A DNA stretch of 64,000 nt from Schizochytrium sp. TIO01 (Eukaryota; Protista; Bigyra: Labyrinthulomycetes), in NCBI GenBank assembly GCA_004764695.1, contig SMSO01000031.1, positions 9,034,761-9,098,760 of the forward strand, given 5' to 3'. A model generated the notes under the pieces. The model did not search any database, was not told the DNA's origin, and saw nothing but the letters and a program-made list of their open reading frames with translations. Shown one piece after another: positions 1 to 11,300 of this stretch. Position numbers and translations under genes: made by a program. How positions within the stretch are numbered: position 1 is the first letter of the stretch; each line of letters opens with the position of its first letter.

Positions 1-58
1 AGGAGTTACATCCGGTGCAACATCTGCACGTGCGAGTGGCGGGCTTTTGAAAAAAACA

Positions 59-1456
59 ATGGCCACTGCTGGTATTAAGAGAACTTCAACCTCTGCATTT
101 GGCCTTGACGAGCCATTCGACTTATTTTACACTAAACGAACCCGCCGCGACAACGAATTGGACTGGCCCATGTATCAAAACAATTTCAACAACAACAACA
201 ACAACAACGGGAACGGTACGAGTTATACTTTCGGTTTTGACACAGACATACCCCCTTTTTTGGCATCTTTCACAAGTGAACCGTCTGCCCAGCGCAACCA
301 AGACCTTCGTCATGGAGGAAACATCTTTCGTGAGGAGGAGGTTAATCCTGGCCATCAGCTTAGCTCAAGTGCATTCCCTCCGTTTATGAGTTCTCAGGTG
401 GAAGATACGGTTGAGGTCAATCTTGGTAATGGTAGGACCGCCCCCGAGCATAACGTCCCCCCGCCACCACCTACATTGCTTACTCACCACTCACTCTCGG
501 CTTTTTCATCATCATCTTCTTCTTCTTCTTCTTCTTCTTCTTCTTCTTCCTCGACGTCTTCAGTTGCCTCTGGCACACCCTATTTGGCACATCAATATAG
601 CGCACCCCCACATCTGATCAGATCACCCCACGACGCAGATGAGGATTACTGGGCTATGGTGGCCTCGGCACTAGGCAGCAACGAGCAAGAAGGTGGATTT
701 TTTTCACATCATGGTCAAGGAAACACTGGAGCTGCCTTGCATAGCAGCCAGGCTTCCCGCAGCTTTGAGCCACCCTTGCATCTGATGCAAGAGCGGAGCA
801 TTTCTGCACCAGCAGCAGCTATGATCAAGCACGAGCAAGAGGAGCAAACGATCTCTAGTGAAGACTTGGATCACCTTCATCAACATGATGAACATGCGGT
901 TAAGGAGGAGCCCAAGTCCCCAAGTAACAGCAGTGTCAGCAGCAACAATCCCAATGTCACCGGCTCACATAATGGGGACGGAACCTTTACAGGTCACAGC
1001 GAGCCAATTGTTCGTACAAGTTACCTTGCAATCAACCAGAGTGGTCTCGCATACCAAATCTTCATGCGCCACGTGCAACAAGATAACGAGAATGATACCG
1101 CTGATGCATCCCAGGTTTTCTCCAAGCAATGCTTTGAGGAGTGGCTTAATACTCGCCTCACACCTTTGAAAAACCCTTTCGAATCTTATCGCCGCGCTCT
1201 TCTTGCTCATGTTACTGGTCTCGATGGCCGCAAACCCTTTCCTCCTTCTGTAGAGCAGGACATCCTTCGCATTGTTCGCATAAGCTCGATTTGGCCTTGT
1301 TTTGAGGGCCATACATTACCAAACGGGCGCCCTGTTCAAGTTGGTATCTATGGTTTCCGCGGCTATGGTTATTGGGAAAAAAATGCTGCTAGTCATAGCC
1401 AAGATGTTAAAACCGAAACCGAGGACTCGCGCATGCATCGCCACTTTTCTCGCTAA
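59..1456 (+). CDS. Hypothetical protein with transcription-factor-like architecture: long low-complexity N-terminus plus a compact C-terminal domain of about 120 aa
   Basis: ORF 47..1456, first ATG at 59. Poly-N, poly-S and poly-P tracts, and three psi-K-x-E motifs (IKHE, VKEE, VKTE). The C-terminus looks globular (QSGLAYQIF...FEEWLNTR...RRALLAHVTGLDGRKPF...WPCFEG...GFRGYGYWE). Confidence 0.8.
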   Translation: MATAGIKRTSTSAFGLDEPFDLFYTKRTRRDNELDWPMYQNNFNNNNNNNGNGTSYTFGFDTDIPPFLASFTSEPSAQRNQDLRHGGNIFREEEVNPGHQLSSSAFPPFMSSQVEDTVEVNLGNGRTAPEHNVPPPPPTLLTHHSLSAFSSSSSSSSSSSSSSSSTSSVASGTPYLAHQYSAPPHLIRSPHDADEDYWAMVASALGSNEQEGGFFSHHGQGNTGAALHSSQASRSFEPPLHLMQERSISAPAAAMIKHEQEEQTISSEDLDHLHQHDEHAVKEEPKSPSNSSVSSNNPNVTGSHNGDGTFTGHSEPIVRTSYLAINQSGLAYQIFMRHVQQDNENDTADASQVFSKQCFEEWLNTRLTPLKNPFESYRRALLAHVTGLDGRKPFPPSVEQDILRIVRISSIWPCFEGHTLPNGRPVQVGIYGFRGYGYWEKNAASHSQDVKTETEDSRMHRHFSR

Positions 1457-3466
1457 GGGTATTATTTCCTTTTTGAAACAAGCTATTGAGGACAAATTAA
1501 TTCATACGATGGATTGAAAACGAAATAAGAAAAGCTTGCATTTACGTGGTTTTATTGATTTGTAATCAATCAAAGTGGTCCTTCCACCACGACGCCTGCG
1601 ATGATACGAGAACATGTTGTGTGATAGATTTATTTTCGTGCGATGCTGGTCAGGGTCTCTTCTTTGATCCTCCTTTGCGCCCCGCTATATCTCTTTCGAT
1701 ATGAGACACTTTCTTGTCTTGTACATGCCCATCTCAGCTCCAGCATGAAAAAATCTTTGGACTCTTAAATGAGCACATTTGGCTACTAGGATAATGCCCC
1801 AAACTTATATGCGCCATTTATCAAAAAGGTCATTCTCACGATGCAAGGAAAACACCACGCTTTATCATGACGCTTGCACATGCCGTACACGCGCAGAACG
1901 AATACTGTTCTTTTGGGAGATCACTCCAGAGATCACACGGTTCAAAATTGGTATTCTAAAACAAATACCACCTTTTCATAGTAAAGTATATATCAAATTA
2001 TCAACCTCTTATCTCATTAATCATCAGAATCCTACCTTTGCCAATCCCTGCTGAGTGAGAAATTCTCACCGAATCATGTTGGTATCTAATCCATCCATTA
2101 CTGCCAACTGGTACCTAACGTAGTCCTTATCGTTCATAGTACATGCGCACAATTTTTGTAGATTGGGACAAGGAATCAACACTGCCTCTGCTGTCATATA
2201 CCAAAAAAATTAATTCGACTTCTGAAATCCCGCAATCGCTTGCTGGTATATGTATTTTAAAAAGTTCAGAGACGAGCTTTGGTGGCATGGAGGAGAAGAA
2301 ATCCACATTTTATGTCGTCCTGTAACCTGACTTCATTAAAAGAACTCTGTTTTATCGATGGAGAAGACTGATATTATCCTCTTTAAAGTATATATATACT
2401 GGTAAACACATCATCAGCCTAGATTATGGGCAAGCTCTCCCCTTCTTCGCCCTGTGAAGTTCCAGTCGCACATGCTGCTGCTGCTGCTGCTGATGCTGTA
2501 AGTTAAGAAGTGAAAAGAATTAAATATAAAGTTAACAAAACGGTTTCTTTCCTTGCACAACTAACATCTAGGTAAGTGTAATTAGGCAGCCTCCTTGTAA
2601 AGCAGTAGGTTAATGGGGCTCTCGATAACCTTGGCATCAACTTCACTGGCTGCTTGACCATATCTCCACTTTCGGCAGTAATAACAAAGACTTTTAACAG
2701 TATCACTAACTAAAAATTGTGCAAGGGTTGGGTACCTATTTTCTTATTGAGTCGGGTAACTCTGAGGTCGTGTTTCTAAATTTCACTCGATTTCATCAAA
2801 CCTCTATCTGTCAGTGCCTGTGTTGCGAATGAGCAAGATCCAGCTCTAATACTTAAGTCAAAGTCTCCAACTAGCAGTTCGAAAATCAATAGTTGCAGGA
2901 CATCATTGTAAGTAACTAACAAGCCTGTTAAACAGTTTCTATTGACACCCACTTGTAATTTTTGCATGACCTTGCTTCCGCGCCTCGCATTTTTTATCCG
3001 GGATATTCTATGTACCTACCTCTACTACTAAGGACTTCAGTACATGCTCTCGAAAACCACGAAATTAGGCTCTAGAGTTAGTAATAAGAGCAAGTTGCAC
3101 ATGATTTAACTTATTACCTTTGACCAGTGAGAGTGGTAGTACCTACCTACTAACCAAAGCTCAAACCTCAGGGAAAGAGCATCAATTCTTCTTCCCATCA
3201 AGTGAGACTTGCACTCCTACGTTTGATTGCAGGTTCGTGGCGATATACGCTAGGTCTCCAAGTGGAGGCTCACAGAATTGCATCAAAACCTCGCAACTAT
3301 TCGATTCATAAACCAAAGACTCCACTCTCTGCAAATGCCGGTCTGTCTTTCACAATTCGCCGAGGCGTCTGTCTCCTGAGTCCACGCCGCTATATTGCTG
3401 CGGTAGCAGAGGCCTTCCCAGCGAGCGAGAGGCTGAGTGAGCAAGACGTCAGCACGCATCCGCCCT

Positions 3467-3502
3467 CTCCTCCTCCTCCTCCTCCTCCTCCTCCTCCTCC
3501 TC
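3467..3502. repeat. (CTC)n microsatellite, about 12 units
   Basis: Seen directly. It explains the spurious poly-P/L/R/G ORFs here. Confidence 0.95.
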
Positions 3503-4454
3503 GCGAGATCGCCATTCTGTTGCCATGGGAGCGAACCCACAAAGTGCATTTGCCCTCTCCAAATCTCGAACGGCGAAGGATTTGAACTTCAATTCCGAGG
3601 TCATCGCCGTCGAAGAATCCAATCGACTTCAATTCGAACCAGCTGTGCAGCAGCTACTATGCACGTCAATGCTGGGGTCGCTGCGGTTGAATCCAAGATC
3701 TCGTGTCGATTGAGTCCACGATGATCACGATTGAAGCCGAATTGCGATTTTGAATTCAACAATTCAAATCCAACTTTTCAAGTTGATCGTGTAATGCCGC
3801 GTAAAGGAACACCTTCGACTTCAAGAACGTCGATGAGCGAACATTGAAGATTTGGTTAGTTCTGTTCTTGTTTGAAAGTGTTACAACGACGATTGATTTC
3901 TTCACTCTCCCCTTTCGGAAGTTTACTACCACCTTCTACCCAGCTGGTAGGACTCCAGGCAGTTAGGCCGTCGCCTAGGCACAGACTACTGATCTGTGGG
4001 TAGTAGCTGCTTAGCCAGTTAGCTACGCCCTGCTCCAGCCAGTTCTCGCTAGATCTCAGGATTCTCACTCCCAGTCTTCGAGACCTCAGCTAAAGCTGGC
4101 GACGCCACCAGCAAAGCACCCGGTGCCGCCGGCGGCCGCCTATTCGGAGCCAGAGCTCGATCAAACGATCCCAGAAACCTCAGCACAACAAACAAATAAG
4201 CAAGCAAGCGAGCAATGACTCCAAGTTCTTCACCAAGATACTCTGTCTCTGATTTATGGTAAGCAAGCGCATAATAGCACCTAAGCAGGCGCTAGTAGCT
4301 AGCTAGCTGTGGTAGTAGAAATATGAAGTACTTACAGTGAATTGATTATAGGCAGGCCCTAATGCTAGAGGCGCCTATGTGGGTCCTAGGAGCGAGGCTG
4401 TCTGGAAATCGTTAGCACCCTTTAACTCAATCATAGAAATGAAAAGAGAGCCAC

Positions 4455-4590
4455 GTTGAAGATTGAGTTGAAGATTGAGTTGAAGATTGAGTTGAAGATT
4501 GAGTTGAAGATTGAAGATTGAGTTAAAGATTGAGTTGAGTTGAATTCTGAGTTGAGTATGGATTGACATTGAATTGAATTGAAGAGTTGG
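4455..4590. repeat. Minisatellite of 12-bp unit GTTGAAGATTGA: 5 perfect copies (4455-4514), then degenerate TTGA-rich copies
   Basis: Tandem repeat seen directly. Confidence 0.9.
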
Positions 4591-5380
4591 CTGAAAATGA
4601 GAGCGCGAGACCTCGTATTCGATTTCAAGAAGCAAGAGCGCCAGGAAACCGACCCTTGAGGTCGGCTGGCTTTGGGGTATTCCCGCAAGAGCGAGGACCT
4701 GTGGAGGCGTAAGCAAGCAGCGAGTCTGAGCGGTGGATCAAGGAGAGCAGCTGTTTCGAGAAGGCAGACCTGGAGCCACTCGGAAACGGAGATTCGAGTA
4801 TGCTACCAAAGATAAGTGAATGAACGAGTGAATGAGTGAATGAAACTCAAACGAACGATCGACATTACTTTGTTCTCTTTATTACGAGCTTAATCAATTG
4901 AATAATAAAAATAACAAAAAGAGATAACGTGAAATGAAAGCGAAAGCAGGTAGGCACCCCTAGCTCTGTCCTAAGGGATCTATTCCAAGAAAGCAAATCT
5001 ACAGCTGCCTATATACGCGTGCATAAACACCCTTTTTTCTGAGAAAGAAATTAAAATTGTACTTTTTGAATTGAAAAGAAGAATCGCAGAAAGAAAGAAT
5101 CGGGCGGGGTAGAAGTGGCTAGCGCACGTATAGGCCTACGGCACGAGTACTATGGAATTATGAGCACGAAAGGAAAAGTAAGTACGTGGTCCTAAGGAGC
5201 CCTAGGCACCTCGTAGGGCTAGAGGCCCCTAGGCAAGCAGGTAGGTACTCGTAAGTAGTGAGGGCGCGAATGGGATATGATTTGAATTGATCGATTGCCT
5301 AAGTAGAAGAAGCAGAAGAAGGCGCTCTCGAGCGGGTCCGGCAGAGCGCAAGAGAGCGCAGAACGGAGGCCGCGAGGGCA

Positions 5381-8300
5381 ATGGCGCGCGGCAAGCAGCG
5401 GCGCGACGATGCCGGGGTCGAGGAGGATGGCCCGGAGGCAGCGGCGGTTGGCGGCGGCCTCGGGGATGGCAAAGATGCCGTGAGAGAGGACCTCCTGTCT
5501 GGACATGGGCGCCGGCAGGAGCTCGCGAAGACGGCGGGAAAGAAGATGGGTGATGAAGACAAAGGGGAGGAGAATGAGAACGGAAGTGGAAATGGAAGTG
5601 GGAATGGGAAGTGGAATTGACATTGGAGGAGAAACAAAAGAAACCCCATCCTTAGGACAGGAAAGAAGAGATTGCAGAATCGGTGCAGCAGGAAAAGCAA
5701 CTGCGAATTTGGCAAATCTAGGCGCGGAAAGAGCCATGGAAAACGCCAATGCACATGTACAAATGGTGGAAACCAACAACAATGTTGACACAGACAAAAG
5801 CGCTCAAGGAGATAAGGAGATGCAAGATAACCCCTCAGGAGATGCAGAACATGGACGAGTCGAGCCCAACGGTGGCGGCGAAATCATGGATGAAACTGAC
5901 GGGAAAGATGACAACAACGTGGAATATAGTGAAGAAAATGCCGACGGCGAAGAGGATGAAGAAAACGCAGTAGAAGATGAAAATGCTGAAGCAGGCGATA
6001 TAGATGACGAAGATGATGACGACGATGAGGAGGAGGAAGAGGAGGAGGAGGAGGAGGATGACGAAGAAGACGAAGCCAAAGAAGACTCAAACGACGAAGA
6101 TCGCTCCTCGAAAACAAAACAGCTTGGAATCCCAAGAGGCTTGGGATTTCTGGGGATATTATGAGAGGCAAACCGACAGTTCTGATGCGCAGGGAAGCAA
6201 GCGAAATGTCGATGGTACCAGACGATAACTTCTCGGTAGCAGGTGTCGGCTCAGAGGGAACGCCAACGTCATCAAATGATATTGGACCAGAATATACGCA
6301 GGACTCGCCACGGCCAAATATTTTCGATGAATTCGCTATGGGCGTTGACATTAGCCAAAGAGGTTCGATGGTATCTGGCCCACACCTGGAACCCAGACAT
6401 AACCACCCCTTGGTGGCTGCACTTTGTCTAGCTCAAATTGATGTTGAAACCTTTGAGAAGATTGATGCGGAGCTTGGTGTCCTGAGGGACTGTCCAGAAG
6501 ATTTATATAGAGAGGAAGTATTTACACCTGCAGCAAGTCTGGTGCGTGGAAGCATTGAAGCTCTTCTAATGCGGAGAAAAGGCGTTGATGCTACGGTTCT
6601 GAAACATGCGAGTGTTCTCTTCGGGAGCTGTATTGACATGTATGCTGAAGGGCATACACTTCCTCCAAATGACTTACATGCAGCGATTAATTTCTTTTTC
6701 TCAAGCGGCCCCCAAGCTTATATCTTCAAAGGGGAAAGCAGTACTGCATCGATTGACTCCTTGCAGCTGCGAAAATTTCTCTCCAGATCTAAGTTTTGTG
6801 TTCAAGATGAAGCCAGCTTATTCCGCATTGCCCGAGAGTATTCTCCAGCAAATGATTATAGCTGTACTACTGTACCTTTGGAATTTATGCGCTGCATCGA
6901 AATGTTCTGTAACCAAGGGTGCCTAAAAACCATCGTCGATCATGTCGAGGGCACTCTGCAAAAGCCACGTCCTTCTCCTCACCATGTACTCCATTACGTT
7001 CAGCTCACCACCCACATTGTTGAATTCCTACGGGTTGACGTTGTAAAGCCTATTGTTGAAAACCTTGCCACGGCGCTCTCTTCTTATCTTGAGAGCCTTT
7101 CCAATGCAGATCTGCGCCATTTGGATCACAATGTGCTCTGTGAAATTTTCGCCAAGGTCGACTGTGTTCTTCGCAAGACAAATGCATTTCCTGTCCAGGA
7201 GATGCGGAGATGCGGCGAGTCCCTTCGCCTTGCAGTGGCACTTAAGCAGCTTCGTAGTCCGTTCATGCAGCAACGTTTGGCTGGCCTGCGCCAAATTCGA
7301 ACAATAGTTGAAGAAGCTGAACAGAGAGCTGCTACTGAAGCACTATTACGTAGATCACCCTCTGATTCTCGAGGTGGTGTGGTGCGCAAACGCTCCATCG
7401 ATGAGATTGATCATGCCTCAGAAGGTTTACGCAAGCGTCAAAACTTTGGTCAACTTCAGCTCCGCACATCAGAAGGAGGGAGAGGCGACTTCAACAATTC
7501 AAATGATACACCTTTGCGTGTACATACTGTTGGGCAGATTGGCGGGCAGGGAAATGCACCGAATACAAATTTTGACGAGAAGCTTTATCAATCTACGCTT
7601 AAAACTCTATTAAATAGCCACTCCCATGATTTCCATGGCAAAGATGACAATCCTAATCAACTTGAGCGAGCAGCTGAACTCTTAGGTCTTGCATCTTTCG
7701 TGAAGTTGCACTATGCTGATGTACTAGCAAAAGCCACTTCAGCAGAGGATGATTCAACTTTGGGGGAGATCAAGGGGCCTCAGACAGACACAGTCGACAA
7801 TAACTCGAAAGAGGTACCAGAAAAAAGTGGAAGAGGAGACAGTGCTCTTGTTGATGATGAGGAGGAATCGGATGAGCTGGACAGACGTCAATCTAAACTG
7901 CCACGGCGCGCAAGTGATACTGTAGCTGCCAAGGCTGATGCGGATTTTTCAAAGGCGAGAGATCAGCTAGATAAAGACAATGAGGCCATGGAAGTTGAGT
8001 CTGGAGACAGGTCTGGAGTACTCGGGGATCAGCAAGATTCCGAGCATAATGCCGACAATGCAGTTGCAGACAAAACTCCAGATGCTTTGTTGTCAGCTAA
8101 TGGTGCTGATGATGGGAAAATGGAAGAAGCTGAAGGACACAGTCAAGACTCACCAGTTTTGCCTTCTGAAGTCCTTTCATTCCTAAAGCTTTCAGAACCG
8201 TTGTCCCGTAAAGCTGCTTCTTCCGTTTTGGAACTCATCAAAAGTCGAGATAAAAGTTTATTATCAGAGAATACTAGTCAACAAACAAGTACTGATGATA

Positions 8301-11300
8301 GTAACAAGGACTCTGACGTTAAAAATCGTGACAGAAACAATGGTATACCCAGTACAGTCAAAAATGATGCAAGTATGGTTGCAAAGTTTGCGGAATATAT
8401 GCTTCAGGAGCACCGAAACCATCAACGTCCTTCAGATTCACCATATTTTAACGATGGTAGCGTAGTAGATGAAGAAGTATTGCAAGCACCCTCAGAATCT
8501 TCTGAGTCTAAATGTGTCGATCTCAAGAACACGTTGGGCTCTGATGAGAACAAAGTTGTTCAACGTAAAGCTTCGGTGTTCTCTCATGAATCTGCGCGGT
8601 CTGTTCTTGCCATGATTTTCGGCGAAGAAATGGATCAAGTGGCAGGGGATGGCGAAGGGGGGGGAGGAGTACGAGGAGAAGAAGAACAGGAAGAACAGGA
8701 AGAAAAAGATGACACGAAAGACATAGCCACAGAGGCCTTAACGCAGTGGTTTAAGGAAAATCATGTGGTGGAGGTCATTTTCGGCCCTGACTTCATTCAT
8801 ACGGAGGTACTTAAACGCTGCTCTGAAATCTGTCGTTTCCTTGCTGGACATAATCTATTTTCAGAGGAAGACCTTGATCTTGTCTGGGACACCGCTTTCG
8901 GCACAAATGCGCACGAAAGTATCCGTGAAACACTTTGTAGCATAATTTCTGACTTGGCGCGCTACCTACCTCTGAACAAACTCAACTATTTGTGGACCAA
9001 GATCAAGAACATTGACCTCGCCTCTCATGACATCAAGAGCCTGTCCTTTGTACGTAACTTTACAGTAAATGCTGTGCTGTCTCTTCGATGGCAAGAAGAC
9101 TCTGCTGACCTGGCTAAGGATGCCCCGCAGCAGCACTGGTACGGTCTTGGACTCTTTTGGGACCTTGTGCAAGACTCCACTATAATTTCTTCTGCTTGCC
9201 ATAAAGCGGCTCTTCAGCATCTTACTCATCTCTGTGCCTGGCAACCGTGCTTTGTTGCGCGAGGTGATTTCCTTCGTGCATGTATAAAGAACCTGGAACT
9301 AGCTCAATCCGTCCCGCAGAGTTTGAAGCTCATGCGCGCCATTATTACCTCCTTCCCACTTGATGGGACCCCAACACCTGGTGTGACAGAAAATGTGCCC
9401 TTATCTGCTACTCCCATGTCACGTCAAGATATCGTGTGTTGGCAACCTTGGCTAGTAAAGATTTGTCTGGAAAATCTCAAGCAGTACAAACTCAATTGCA
9501 CAAAGGTACTAGAGACCAGGCCAGAGTTATACTCTGCACTACTTACAAAGTCTCTTGTACAGAACGTAACAAGTCCTGTGACCAGTCCAACGATTGTTGA
9601 TTCTACAACATCTGCTGCAACATCTTCATCTTGTTCTTCAATTATAGGAGACTCCGGTCATGGCCCCGTCTCTAAAGCTATCCCTGGACAAACACAAGAC
9701 AGCGTGGAATTCCATGATGAAGATATGCACGAAGACAAATACGAATGCGATCTCTACGATGAAGAGGCGGAGGACCTCGGGCAGCTGGAGAATGCCGGTG
9801 TAGACCTATCTCCGTCAGACGATGGATCTCTCCAAGGAACTACTGTAAAGGACCCCAAAGTAGCAGGCAACCCTTTGGACTCGTACAAATTGATCGGCAA
9901 GTACTCTCACCTTCGTGGTCTCCGTATCCAATTGAATTTTCTCCGATTCCTTGTCATATCTTGTGGGAAGGAGACCGAAGATTTCCAGCTCACCGCAGAT
10001 CAAGCAGATATAATCCTTGAGAACCTAGCATGTAAAGCTCTTACACACAATGAGCGTAGCTTAGCACTCTCGTGGGTCATGCAGATGCATTTTGTTGCAA
10101 ACGCGTTTGGCCCTGATACCGCCCGAACAGCTCTTCCATTCACCTTTCGGAAATTATCCTTGTCTTCACTACAAAGCCGGGATTTCAGTTTCTTTGAGTA
10201 TTTTTTTCGTGTGGTCAATGTTGATCTTGGCCGTCTGACGTACACCCACGGTGGCAAACCTCGCCCCTTCAACTTTACACAAGCAACCCCACGCGCCTTC
10301 ACAGGAGAAAAGAATTGGCTTCACAATAAGTCCGCCAAAGAGCTTCGTAGATGCTTATCTGGACCTGAAAGCACCCACGAAGCTGCTAACTGTTTTCAGG
10401 TTGTAAATGCTCATCTCGTTGGGCTAGGCATGCTTTGGTGCATGGCATTGCGTGCAAATTGTAGTGCTGTAGCGAAACGTGCTGCCAAAATGTTGTGCAC
10501 TCTTTTCTCCTCTGTTTCTCCATCAACTAATGCGGAGTTTCAGCTAGACCAGCTCACCAACGTGGATGAACGAGAGCTCATTGCCCAAGGCTGGGAAATG
10601 GAGACTTCCAATGTGCCATTGCGTCAGCAAGCATTCGAAGGAAGTACTGGAATGCTAGTAGGAGGTTTTCTGCGTGAGGCAGTTGCCCAGCTGAAACAAG
10701 CTCTGGCAGACCAAAATCCTACCGGGTCTCGGACACGGGTCCGCTGCTTGATGCTTCTCAAAGACCTCCAAGCTTCCTGTGCGTCTTCAAGCCTTATGAG
10801 CAAATCGCATGGTGCACGGGTGGATCGAGTCAATCGTGCACAGGGTATCCTTAGTGGGGAAACTGTTGAACTTCGCATAAAGGAGGTGAACAAGTCTAAT
10901 ATGGAATTGCCTCTGCAAATTGCAAAGGTTGTTTCTGTGGCAGAATTACGATCATCTATAGCTACTCTTTTACAAAAAGATGCGAAAATGCTTCGCTTTA
11001 TCTCCAGTGGTAAGGAAATTAAAGCCCAAGATACTGCTGAATTACGACCTATTTCTCTTGAAGCCGGTCAAGTTATCCATGTAGTCGTACGCCAAGCCAC
11101 ACGGGCCACAGGGGGGGCTGGGAGGGGGGCTGCTTCACCAATGTCAACTCTCAGTTCATTTCCTCACTCGAATAATGAATGGAGGTTTAAACAACTTGAC
11201 GGTTTTCACTTTTCCGATGACATGAACAACAATGAGTTGGAGGAGCTTGAAACAGGGACGGCGGAAACTCATTTTAAAAAAAACGAGATCTCTTCAAACA

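Noticed and set aside
3202-3724. Overlapping poly-P/L/R/G ORFs
   Set aside because: They are by-products of the (CTC)n microsatellite.
4455-4590. Tandem repeat as a CRISPR array or telomeric repeat
   Set aside because: The 12-bp units are head to tail with no spacers and there are no cas genes. The context is eukaryotic and internal, and the unit is not TTAGGG-like.
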